A DNA stretch of 64,000 bases from Trichosphaerium sp. ATCC 40318. Its lineage: Eukaryota; Protista; Tubulinea. The stretch covers positions 248,001-312,000 of the forward strand of contig JALMLS010000228.1 in assembly GCA_038496445.1 (NCBI GenBank), written 5' to 3'. A program made the position numbers and the translations under genes. Positions 9,832-22,100 of this stretch are shown piece by piece (the first letter of the stretch is position 1; each line of letters opens with the position of its first letter). Below the pieces are notes generated by a model. It did not search any database, was not told the origin of the DNA, and worked only from the letters and a program-made list of their open reading frames with translations.

Positions 9832-10020
9832 TTTTTTTCTTATTTTTTACATAAACATTTTCACGTGATAACTATTGGCAACAGTGAGTGTTAACCTTCT
9901 AAAACCGGCAAAAATGTGCAACACAAGAATGGACTTTGTGCTTAAACAATTTAAATTATTTAGCGTACACATTTAGCGGCAAGTCTCTGTTGTTTGACAC
10001 AAAGCTAAACTTTGAACAAG

Positions 10021-10755
10021 ATGCGCATCTTATCACTCGCTGTTCTTTCTTTCGTACTGTACTACGTACAGTGCATATCAAAAATGCCTTTACAAGCTCA
10101 GGAGTCAACTGTTTACAATCTGAAGATAACCATCAACCCAAAGTACTTGCCACTTCTTCAAGAGACTGACGAACGTGTTACTATCGTGAAATCAACGCCA
10201 AACGAAAACACAAACTATTTCGTAATGGCATCATTTTCTCCCTTTCCGAACAACTTCATCTCCCTTGATACATCTAAACGTTATATATACGCTTCATTCT
10301 CAAAGCTAGAGCCAGGGAAAGTCTTATTCATGGGCGACACAAAGAAAATCGACCTAGGATTCCTATATCCGTTCCATTACACCTTACAAGATGGCTTCTC
10401 AGTTCCTTACGTCGATAATAATCAAATTGGATTATTTTACAACGAAACAGGACATAACGACATTTTAACTTTTGGCGTTGGGCAAAACGTGACAGTGAAC
10501 GGTCAAGAATTTTCTAACATTGCTACTTTTGGTGATATGTTTCTTCCTGAGACTAAGAAAGTATATACACTTTCAGATGATGTATACGTATTCTTGTCGG
10601 GACCTTCGAAACCAAATACTATCATTGGTATCGGTGAAGAAGCTCTAGAAGGATTTGCATCTTCTTTGATTTACAGAGTTAAGTTTGATGCGTCACATGA
10701 TGATATTGTAATTGATTATGACTTACCTAATGGACGTTTTGTTGTTGTGAGTTAA
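10021..10755 (+). CDS. Intronless secreted beta-rich hypothetical protein
   Basis: 244-aa ORF with signal peptide MRILSLAVLSFVLYYVQC, followed directly by AATAAA. Confidence 0.8.
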   Translation: MRILSLAVLSFVLYYVQCISKMPLQAQESTVYNLKITINPKYLPLLQETDERVTIVKSTPNENTNYFVMASFSPFPNNFISLDTSKRYIYASFSKLEPGKVLFMGDTKKIDLGFLYPFHYTLQDGFSVPYVDNNQIGLFYNETGHNDILTFGVGQNVTVNGQEFSNIATFGDMFLPETKKVYTLSDDVYVFLSGPSKPNTIIGIGEEALEGFASSLIYRVKFDASHDDIVIDYDLPNGRFVVVS

Positions 10756-10912
10756 TAAAGATTTACTTACGCCACTTGTTTTTCAAATATTAATTGAGTG
10801 TGGGCTGGTTTAACAAGCGGAAGACAGCGATTAAATAGCTCTTTATTTGGTATTTACTTGTTCTATTGCTAGCTACGGTAGCTAAACCTAGACACCTCCA
10901 AGTTTATGAAAA

Positions 10913-12501
10913 CTACTTAGCGCCCTTTAGTTGTTGCATTTTTTCTGCTATTACATCAGCAGTAATCTCATCTTTGTCTTGACAATTAATAGAGATATGG
11001 AAAGGCTACGTCTTTGCATGAGAAAAAAAACCAAGTAGAGAGAAAAGTACCTCAAAGAATTCATTGATAGCTCCTTTGTGAGATACAATAAGTCCTTTCT
11101 TCAGAGGACTTACGCTACCGCCAATCCAGTTGATGAAGAAGAACTAGAATACAAGTTAATCATAGGTAGCAACTTTAAGCGACTATTACTTGCCCTGTAC
11201 ATTGCAGAATCATCAATCTTGTCAGCAACACGCATGAAACCGTATAAAACACTTTTTGGATCTAGCTTAGCTTCAAGCTCTTGTATGCCACCTGAACCTT
11301 GACCGACAAGGCTTAGCTGCTTCTTACCAGTGTATCTAGTTACTTTGTAAGTACAATATATTATTTTAGTGGTTTTAGTGGTACCCAATTAACATCCAGT
11401 CAGTGTCAGTATTGTCATTCCTGACGTCTGCAATGGTTGCTTTCATAGCATCTTCTTCTTCAAATACCACAACTTGATTGGCTGTAGGAACCTTTAAAAT
11501 TGTATTAACAATTAATACAAGTTCATGTAGGACTTACAGCACTGCGAGGGGAAGCAGAAACCTTAGAACGACGTGGTGTAGTGTTGTTTGATTTTGCTGT
11601 AGGTTGTTGAAATGGTCTTTTAGCGTCATCTGCAGCAGTTTGTGCACTGATGTTTTTTACCTCACCACTTCGATCACGTGATCCAGAAGCATCAGCAATC
11701 TTATTAGCGATAATCTATACAAGCATTAAAAGTACTGCAAGGAAAGAAAATAACTTACTTCTGGAGTGACTTCGTCTTTTTCAGAAGCTACAATTTCAAC
11801 ATTGTAGTGACCAATGAACTCAGTGATAGCGCCTTTATTTGTTCCGATACGACCTTTCATAATACCTGGTACGTTGTCACCAACCCAAGTAATGTAACAA
11901 AAGCGTTTGGTTGGGATATCATCAACACTAAAGAAAAAATGAGCGTTAATTCGATCAAGAGATAAAAAAAAAAATGGGCGAAAATCCTTTTCGTTAGTTT
12001 CCAAGTTTGGAAATGCGTAGACAACCTCAGACTGAAAGAAATGTACGTTCAAACATGAAAAGGATAGAATATAGATAGACGTACACGTCTACAACTCGAA
12101 TTAAAGCGTAACCAACCATATCGTCCGATAGGTGATTAATAGCTTCTGCAACACCGCCGGTACCTTTAATTTATGCGTCAGTTGACAGAATAAAGCAAGT
12201 TGTGTCGCAAAAATAAAGTACCGCTTCCAAGCAAAATCAACGTAGTGATATCGCGTCCTTTGTACCCAAACAATATCCTAAAGGCGTATTTAGCGTTGTT
12301 TTACTTGCAACTACAAACCAGTCATTTTCTCCTGTAGTGTGAACGGCATCGAGCTGCTTTTGGCAGTCCTCGCTTTCTAGGTTAATACTAACACCAGAAT
12401 CACCTTATTTACGTTAGTTTACGTTTTTTAGTTTGTGTTCAACCTGATTTTTGTACAAAACCAGGTTTTCTTTCGTTCATAGCAAATCGTAGTTCGGCCA
12501 T
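10913..12501 (-). CDS. Tandem ADF-H (coactosin/drebrin-like) actin-binding protein
   Basis: Two repeats: DW|ILFGY...GSGTGG...GYALIRV...RFCYITWVGDNV, and DWMLIGY...GQGSGG...LYGFMRV...FFFINWIG. Confidence 0.85.
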
Positions 12502-12785
12502 CGTAATTAGTAGTAACTGCAAAGTTTTCAACTCTGTTTTATCTTGATTTATAGAAAGGTTTTTGGGTAGCAAAGTCCTTTACCCAAATTCACAATGTGC
12601 TCATCGTTTGCACAAGTGCCATTAAGTGCTGCATTTTTGGTGACTAGGTCTGTACGGCAAAGCGTATGCAAGATAATTGCCTAGCATGTACAATGAGCGC
12701 GCTTCGAGAGCCTTGAAATTTGTTGGCTGTCACTAAGAAAACTCAACTATTTTCGCTTTTATTTGAAACTATTTGTAAAAATCAA

Positions 12786-14281
12786 ATGACAACTACAAGC
12801 GAGCTACTAGACCTTCCTCTAGAAGTATTAATTTATGTATTAAGAAACGTACCGTCTTTATCGTTACTACGCTCGTTGTCTGTATCTAGAGTATGGCGTA
12901 TGATCATAACAACCGCGCCTGAACTGAAAGTACGGCCATATTCTGTTATTTAACTACAAGTGTTTTTATTTTAACGTTACTGAACGCGTCAACTGATCTA
13001 TTGCTTAGTCTGTTCAGTTTTATACAAAAACACTGTGTTCTGGCCATTTTATTATCAGAGAAAGTCCTACCCCAGTCAGTAAGCGTTCAAAAAAAAAAGG
13101 AAAAAATTCAACTTTTTTGACATGAGAGATCGTAGGCTTGTTCAACCGATTATTCGAAAAAGGTAGCTTTCTATGCTTGACAAGAGCGCAATTACTTGTT
13201 TACGAAACAGAAAACAAGGTGTGATATGCAATTAATCGAGCTTTTTTACTATTAATGAATAGTCAATGACACTTCTTTTCGAAATAGGAAAATTTAGTTC
13301 TTACTATTCCGCATGAAACAACAAATCTATATATTCATAAGGAATATATTCTCTGCGACTATAAGACAATATTGCGTGGTGGACTTAGAACTTTGAGGTT
13401 TTATGTACCAACGATAGGAGGGGGTTATCGTCCTGATATACAAACATGGTGTGATTATGCTAAAGAGTTGTACGTTCACAACATTGCCACGAGCTCCAGC
13501 AATTAATCTGGTTTTCTTTAACTGCTCGTCATAGCCGAAATACTTACAGGGAAAAGAGGAAAATTCTCGTACTTGGAGCTGCAAGAGTTGGTAAAACAAA
13601 GTTTATTGAGAGATATGTTACTGGTAGTCTATCAAATAATGAATATAAACCGACTATTGCAGTTGAAAAGGTATCTTTAATATTTGTAAATCACGTGACT
13701 CAAAGTTGATTTTCATCACTAGAGTATTAAACGTACAGAACACACATTCGAGGAGCACACATACAGAACAAAAATAGATATATGGGACCTGAGTGGAGAC
13801 TTAGAATATAATGTAAGATCTATGAAAATTGTACTACTGTTTCTTTTTAATTGTACTATTTCTCTACATGAAGATACAGCTTACTAAAATTGTTATTTAG
13901 AAAGTGGGTATTAGATGGAGTTATATAAGAGATGCAACAAGTTTGATTCACATATTCGATGTTACAGATCCAACGTCATTTGAAACAACACAAATGCTTT
14001 TACAATATTTCACATCATCAACAAAACCTATATTGATTGTAGGTAATAAAATGGACCAACAAAAAGATAGAAAAGTTTCTTCTGAGCAAGGTAAAGAACT
14101 TGCACGAAAACATAATGGAGTGTATCTCGAAACATCTGTGAAATATAATATCAATGGTACTAGTATAAAGTGTACTTGTAGATACTGACTTTTTTGTGTT
14201 GTAGTAAAACAGTGTTTTGACATTGTCGAAAGACTAACTGTAGAGAAAAAGGAATTTAGGCTACCTCGCGCCTTGTGTTAA
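12786..14281 (+). CDS. F-box + probable PH domain + Ras-family small GTPase fusion
   Basis: F-box LLDLPLEVLIYVL...VSRVWR; PH-like FLCLTRAQLLVYE...DIQTW; G-boxes GAARVGKT, PT, WDLSG, NKMD, ETSVK; ends RALC*. Middle exon boundaries are uncertain. Confidence 0.75.
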
Positions 14282-14354
14282 ATGATACTTTCTCCTTGTT
14301 TTGTTCTACAGAGTAAATTGAAGCTAAGTTATCAAGAATATTTTTTAAATGTGT

Positions 14355-15257
14355 TCAGTTTCTTGTTTTGTAGGAAAGGTTAATAGTATGAACTCCTTTT
14401 AGTGCTTTGATGCTTTTATCAGTTACTGAAGTGCCCGAAAGGTTAATGACATGAACACCAGCAAGAGCTTTAACGCCTTTGTCAGTTACTGGAGTGACAC
14501 CAAGGTGAATAGTATGAACCCCTTTCAGCGCTTTGATGCCTTCATCTGTTACTGAAGTGCGATAAAGGTCAATAGTATGAATGCCCTTCAGTGCTTTGAT
14601 GCCTTCATCAGTTACTGAAGTGCGAGAAAGGTTAATATTGTGAACACCAACAAGTGCTTTTACACCTTCATCTGTTACTGAAGTGCAAGAGAGGTTAATA
14701 GTGTGGACCCCAGCAAGTGCTTTAATGCCTTCATCTGTAACTAAAGTGTCACCAAGGTTAATGTTATAAGCGCCAGCAAGTGCTTTTATGCCTTCATCAG
14801 TTACTTGTGTGAAAGCAAGGTTAATAGTATGAACTCCAGCAAGTGCCTTGATGCCTGTATCTGTTATTGATGCGAAACCAAGGTCAATATCATGGACTCC
14901 TGCAAGTGCTTTGACACCTTCATCAGTTACTAAAGCGTTGGTAAGCTTAATAGTATGAACGCCATTAAATAGCTTTACAATGTCGTCATTAATATGTCCT
15001 TTTAGTACGATTTTAGAGTGTTTAAGAACCCCAGCATGTTCTACAACTGACTTTGCCTGAGTTAGTGTTGTAATCGTAATAGCGCTGTATCCAATAATGT
15101 CATGAACGATAGAAGCAATGAATTGACAGCTTTGACAGGCTGCAAATCGAGATTTCGTTGTATGACGCAAGATATGGGCTAATATCTCTGTAGGTAGCTG
15201 CAGCAAATTTGTACACCTCCTACGGCCAATTTCACGCGTCTTTGAGCTAGAAAGCAT
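14355..15257 (-). CDS. Intronless F-box + 21-aa LRR protein (paralog of 7990-8988)
   Basis: LLQLPTEILAHIL...C..CQF F-box and about 10 repeats of the same consensus. Confidence 0.9.
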   Translation of the reverse strand: MLSSSKTREIGRRRCTNLLQLPTEILAHILRHTTKSRFAACQSCQFIASIVHDIIGYSAITITTLTQAKSVVEHAGVLKHSKIVLKGHINDDIVKLFNGVHTIKLTNALVTDEGVKALAGVHDIDLGFASITDTGIKALAGVHTINLAFTQVTDEGIKALAGAYNINLGDTLVTDEGIKALAGVHTINLSCTSVTDEGVKALVGVHNINLSRTSVTDEGIKALKGIHTIDLYRTSVTDEGIKALKGVHTIHLGVTPVTDKGVKALAGVHVINLSGTSVTDKSIKALKGVHTINLSYKTRN

Positions 15258-15518
15258 AGTATTGTAACAAGCAATATCACGTGAACAAAAGCAACAGTTG
15301 ACCTAAAGTGACCAGCAGTAACTTAAGAGCATCGAAAAACCTTAAATTCATAAAGTCACACATACGTTTAAACCCACATTGTATTTATTATATTTAATAT
15401 AATTAAATGCGGTTGAGTTTCTTTCTTGCAAGCAAAGTTGTTAGCAAGTAAGTTGAGCACAGTTTGATAATGATAGTGTTGATGCTTAGTATTAAAGTTG
15501 CCTATAGGTCCAACTAGC

Positions 15519-18500
15519 TCATGTCTCGTTCATCTTATCAACACTTCTGAGAGGGTGTCCACATTGGAACACAATATTAGCCAACTTTTTTTTATTGTAT
15601 TAGTTTTGTTAGTTGTTAGACGTTAAAGCTTGTGTTTGGTATTGGTACATCCGCCATTGGTACTTTACTAAACCATTTGAAATGGTCTGAAAAATCTTTA
15701 CCAATCTGATTGCCAACATCTTGTCCAGCAGTCTTTAAGAAAAAAGATCGATCCTTTTTTTGAAAGTAAGTTAGAAAATTTCTCAAAAGAAATAATAAAA
15801 GGCTTGTTAGTCATCTAAAGTATTCGTTTTTAAGCCTTGGATTAAACTTGTTTGTAGAAACAACATACCTCAGATATACCAAGAGATTTATATGCTTTAA
15901 AATCAGTCGCAGTATTACCATAACCAGCATATATTTCAATATTTTTTTGGATGAACTTTGCTGATAAAAAGGAAACTTTAAAGTCTCCTACTCCTGCTTT
16001 TGTTGCAGGTATCTTAAAAAAAAGTCAGAATAAACTTACTAATCCTTGACACCTGTACAGAAAGAAAAAGATGATTACGTACATGATATATTGGCAAAGT
16101 AGGCAAACTTGAGTCTGTGTGGCCTACAATACCTGGAGGAAATCCTCTGTTGCGTAACCAAGACAATGTAAAGTTATAGTGAGTACCTAATGTATACATA
16201 ATGAGAAAAAAATCGTTTTTGACACGTGTTTCTGCTACGAAATTGCGTAAAATACATAACAAGGTTTTTTTTAAAGAAAATATTTATGAAACGCTTTATG
16301 ACGTACCAGCTCGTCCACTAAGGTAAATAGGTACGTATCCTTTAGCATACCATCCACGCACTATGCTGCACGCTCCGTTTCTCATAGAAGGATTGATTGA
16401 AATATAAAACTATAAAGAGTTGTCAACCACAAAAGTTTAGGCTGTTTACTATAAATAGCTTCGTACAGGGTCAAGTGATAGTTGAGTAACAACATGAATA
16501 TCAGAAGGTGTAAGAGTTCCATCAATATCGAATACTACAGCTTTGACACCTTTTTTAAATACCCATATTGAACCCTGTTGAAAAGAAAAAAAGTTAGGAT
16601 TGGGGTTTGTACAAACATAAATTACGTACTTCAGCTGAAGTGAGATCAGAATGAGAAACCATAACCATTCTGTAGCGCCCTTCTTCTGATATGACAGTCT
16701 TTGGTATATCAAATTCTACACGTTCTTGTGTAAGATCACCTCCAACCGACTAATGTACAATAAGGAACATCAAAACAACAAAAAAGAAAACTCAAAAAAA
16801 ACCAATCATGATTATACTCACTCTAAGCTTTTGTGTGCCAAAAGAAGTCCATTTACCTTCGTATATATGTGTATTTGGTTCCTAAAATACTGGTAAATAC
16901 AAAGAAAATGGCAACGGGTTCTTGAAGATAAAGAAATAAACTTGAACGATAAAAAATTTAACTTGGTTCGACTACACTTCATAGCCTATTTTGGAAGCAA
17001 GCAACAAAGAGCGATTGTATTTGGTTCATTTACCTGAAGGAAAAGTTCTACGGTCTTACTACGAGCTACATAAACTCCTAGTTTTCCCCACTTGAAATAA
17101 CCATGAACAGTAACAACTGCATTATCATCCATTTTTGCTAGTTCATCCACGTGGTAAATATCATCTAACCCACATCTGTGGTTTGCAAACTTTTCTTTAA
17201 GGCCATGAGCTCCTTTTTGAGTTGTTCTATGTTTAAGTTGCTATAGAAGGCGTAAGAAAGTAAACAAGCGAACAAAACCGAAATTTCAATTTTTTTTGGG
17301 ATACTCACAGATTTGAGGTAGGAAGTTTGCTCTCTTGCTACAATTTGTTGTATTGGAGTAGGCGGTCTACAAGACTCAACAGGGAATACTTCCTTTCGTA
17401 AGTAATATCCGTCATCCTTTCCCTACAATAAACACTGTCAGGCTTTGTAAAGTTTTCAAAACAAAAAAAAAGTACACTTCTTCACGTACATAGAGTTCAG
17501 TAAATTCTAATTTTATGTTCACTGTTCCAACCTCTCGTCCTTTGTGATCTTTAATCGAATACTTTACTTTCTCTTTAAAACAAATTCATGTTAGAGAAGT
17601 ACGTCACACATAAAAACAAAGGTGCACCTTTCTTGTTAGTGTCCAATTCATGGAAATGAATAACAACCTTTCCAGTCTCATGCGAAGTTGACGAACTTGA
17701 AGATGCCTTAAAGGCCTTGGTTCCACGACGGAGAGATAAAGTAACAAACTGGTAAGAATGAAAGATGTACCTAAAGCACTGGCGTTAACAATACTAACCA
17801 TATACAAAGTAAAAAAAAACTTACAAAAGCATTTCTTGTTTCCATTTGGCAAAACCTCCTTTAAATGCGAGCCTCTTTGAGTTAATATGCTGTCCATCAG
17901 CTTCCACTCTCCAATACCGACGACCAGACTTTACATTATCAAGGGTAGCATCACAAACTACCAAAAACAATCAAAATCACAGCAACAAAAATTGTTTTCT
18001 GAACTCGCAAATAGCGCACTTGTTAGCTTCAATTCACTACAAAAAGGTCCACGTGTATGCTTTGTTGGACATTGAAGAGGTGCCTATTAAGAAGAATAAA
18101 TATACAAGGCAAGTCACTTCAACCAGTACCGTTTGCTTAGCAAACGTATAGTACATGTCTTTATCCATAAAATGATGTGTTCCAGCAGCAGGAGTGAATA
18201 CACCCTTGACAATAAATTAGACGCATTTCTCCGCAATTATTTGCTGTAATTGTGCACGTGCTTTATCCATAAAGTGTTGTCCGACTTTAACTGCATGTTT
18301 ACGGCTTTTAGCATTTATAAGAGTAACAAGAGTTGTCACTGCATCTCTTCCTGTTTTGAAAAAGGAAATTAGTACAAATTTCGTTTACACTCTACTTTAT
18401 ACCAGTAAATGAGCGTTTGAACGTCTTGAAATGGTATTTTCTAGTCTTCGCAGGCGTTTGGGCGACAAAAAGAGCAATAATGTTATCAATTGTGTCACGA

Positions 18501-18867
18501 CCTTTACAAATAGCCAAAGCCTTCTTTTCGTTCATCTACAATAACGTCAGAACGAGGAGAAATTAAACTGTTATGTTAATTTGTTTACGACCTTGTACTC
18601 GCGAGCAATATCGTAAGCGCATACTTCGTCATCCTCCGACGTTGTTTCTGTCTTTGAGGTTTTTTTCAAATTGGGTACAGATGTAGACCGTGCTATTGAT
18701 CGCCTACGCCGTGATGGTTCTTCCGTAGGCTCAGGATCGCTTTCACGCGATATAGGAGGACGTTGTGTTACAGTTAGTGTTGTAGCCCTTTGCCTACGCC
18801 GTGTGGGTGGTTGAACAGACACAGCCTTGCGCACGGGTACTGGTTCGTCATAAGTCGTTTCGCTCAT
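15519..18867 (-). CDS. C2-like + LNS2/PITP (lipin/Nir2-type HAD) domain protein
   Basis: AVVFDIDGTLT, GYVPIYLSGR, WLRNRGFPPG, FK, IYAGYGNTATDFKAY are LNS2 motifs. An upstream C2-like region ends GTVNIKLEF. Confidence 0.8.
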
Positions 18868-19110
18868 GACGAATACAAAATTGTATGTTCATAAAATGAC
18901 TTATTAACGTTTCTCCGGTTGATCACACTCAAAACGAATGGCCCATAGCAAAACACATATAACCAAAACAAACATTTTGAGCGAAACTTATTGCTTCTCT
19001 ACAAGTAAACCAAACTACATCATACGCTCACCTGAACATCTACGAAGCTATTGAGGTGTATGTAGCGCATAAAAACAGATGCACATGCGAAAATACCTCC
19101 TACCTTGATT

Positions 19111-22100
19111 TTACTCATCGGGTACACTTTGCCTTGCCTTTTTTTGTGGTGGCACATAAACGTGCTCGATAACGGCATCATTTGAATCGCTTAGCCTCCT
19201 TTTCTTTCCTTGTACTTCCTCTCGCTCTTCTATTACCCAGTCACCAGCTTCAGCATCTTGACTAGAATATCGTTTAGTAACTACAAACTCACACTTTTGT
19301 AAAGAGAAGCGTACCTGTACTCGTCTTCAGAATCACTTGTGACTTGTATGCTTGTGTCGAATTCATCGATATCCTAGCATTAGATTTAAGCTAAGCGCGT
19401 CTACAACAGAGTGTATACAAATCAAGTGTCAACGTACCTCAGAATCGCTATCATCAGACAAGTTTGTCCATCGTTGTGGCTTGGATTGATTTTTAAATAC
19501 ACCTGCAGCGTCCGAGGTCCATAAAGGCTCATACAGATCATCAATACAATCATCACCGTCAACAGTACGTGTGAGCCTCTTTGTCACTGCGTTCTCAACA
19601 AGTTCTTCACTGTGTTTGTAGTTAATAACCGAATGGATTTTGTACGAATAAGAGGTACCTCTTAAAAGAAATAGATACATCCTGAGTGAAGTCAGAAATG
19701 AATTCGTTGAAAGAAGCCAATACAAGAGTCAATTTAGGGACTGATCGAAATTCACTCGCAAAATTCGAGTTGAGCTCACGTGATGACTTTAATCTTTGTG
19801 ACAGGATATAAAGCATACGTAGTAGAGAATCTGAATCAACTAAAAGTGAAAGAAGATTCACATCTGTCTTTGCTTTTGACTCGTTTTTTTTTATGTATTT
19901 TTCTAATTTTGTTTTCAGTCTTGGAATAAATTTGGAGCCTATAGAAAAGACAACCGCAAAAGAAGCCCTTAAATAATAAGCTTAGTATATATAAGAGTGT
20001 TTTAGAATAGTATAAAGTACATACTTGTTCGGTATATCCAAATCAGAAACGAGATAATCAAGAGTTATCATTACCCATTCATAAAAAAGTAGAACAATTT
20101 TTTTTAATCCTTCAGCATCAACTGAACTATATCGTAATAATGCATGTAACAGCGCAGTTCCTGTTTTTTGAATAAATATATACATTGTATAATCGTTCAT
20201 TTGCTTCAACTCTGTAGGCTCTTCTGGACTATAAAATCACAAAGTCAGCTTCACAGCGTACAAAGAAAGTGTTCAGAAACTTACGCTTCTAGGTAGCACC
20301 GAAACAAGTATAAAAAATCAGATATACAATCAACAAGTCTGTTACTCGGTGTTAGGGTGAATAACGTGAATAACACATAGTTGTGAAAGAAATAAGGAGC
20401 TCCTAGAGTGATTGTATGCCATCTACATATAGAATTCGTCTTTGCATACCTGTTGGATTATGTAAGAAAGAAATCGTCATATTTGAAAAAAGGTACACGC
20501 ACTCAATCGCAGCTGCCTGTCTCACAACATTTGCTGACTCACTATCTGTATCTGGATACACACTTTTAGATGCATTAGTATTAATATAAACCAAGAGGTA
20601 GGAGTTACCGTGAAAGTATGTTGTAACACAAAAGCGCAACATCAGCTGATTTCCTCAAGTGAGACGTCAAGTGTTTTATAACCATTATCAATGTTGCTGC
20701 AACATTTCTGCTTCTTGTCTTAACGAGTTGAGAAAACAACTCACAGAATATTTCATCATAAGTTAATCGTATATCGTGAATACTCTAAACAGAAAGTAAA
20801 AATCACGTGTTCGAAAGCACCAAACGATTTTCGTACCGAATCGAAAAACTCATCATTAGTACAAGCATAAATGACATCTTTGAATGTTTCATTCTTTTGT
20901 TTTGAGATGAATATGATATGAGCCAAAGATAAGTATATATGTGTTAGTATCTGTGTGCATGCACTGTATTCTTCCTTTAGATCATGAACTGAATCTTTTC
21001 GCTTCTAAAAATATGTTTGGATCAAGATAAGAAAAAAACAAGAAAACTTAGTAACTTCTCAGCCTGAGCGAAAATTTACTTTGATGAGCTCATAGCAGAG
21101 ATTATAGATGGCCAATAATGGGTTTATAAAATTGTAGTGTAGGATCGTACCATTGCCTTCTCGTGAGACAGTAATTGTCGTATCTCTTTAGTTGCTGAAG
21201 ATACAACTTTCGAAAGTGAAAATAGATGTTTAATGGTCCCTGACCTTCTTATACTATATAAAAAGTAATTCCAGTAAACACCCTGTTCATCGTTTGCATA
21301 GATACGAAAATTACGACAAATTCTATGCATCAATAATGGAGCAAATGTGTTGGCTTCATTTCCTTTTCCAACAGTCTTTTTCTTAGCAAGTTGAGTTCTA
21401 GAATTTGTTGTTAATACGAGAGAATACAATGTTTTAGTATGTACGTACTTAATAGGTAGGAAGTGAGATACATAGCCATAAAGTGCTTCTACAATATCCA
21501 GAAAAGCAGCAAAGTCAAAATCTTCATCTCCAGCCTCTTGTTTTTTATTGAATAAAGCCAAACCAGAAATAACAAGTGGTATATCTAAGGAAGTCGCAGT
21601 CTTCAATAACATCTTCAGATATGAAAACATCCTCTCCCTATAGTATATTTCTAAGAATAGCGAACAAATAAAACCCGAAGTTGGGTAGGAAAGAAAGCAA
21701 CGCACCCAATATGAACCTTGATAAGTTTTGCGAAGTTCATATATTTCTTCTTAAATGAAGTTGCATTAGACAAAACATGCATTAGACAATCCTCGTAGAT
21801 TGAATCTTCATCATTACTTCTATTTTTATGATCACGTGCTAGAAAATTTGCCATTGTAATACATAAAGCATGGTAATGAAGCATTGAGTACAGATGAATG
21901 AAAACTGTAACTTGAGTCAATTATTAGAGTTAAATTAATGCGTACTCTGTTTTTTGTTGGATTCAAAAGCATTCACATCTTGCAATGGTTGAATTAGATC
22001 TTCTACATTTGATACAACTTGGAATTGAGCTTTCAAAACACTTTCAATACTCTCCGACTTAAACCAAAAGCGTTAATACAGTTCCAAAATAACCTGATAG

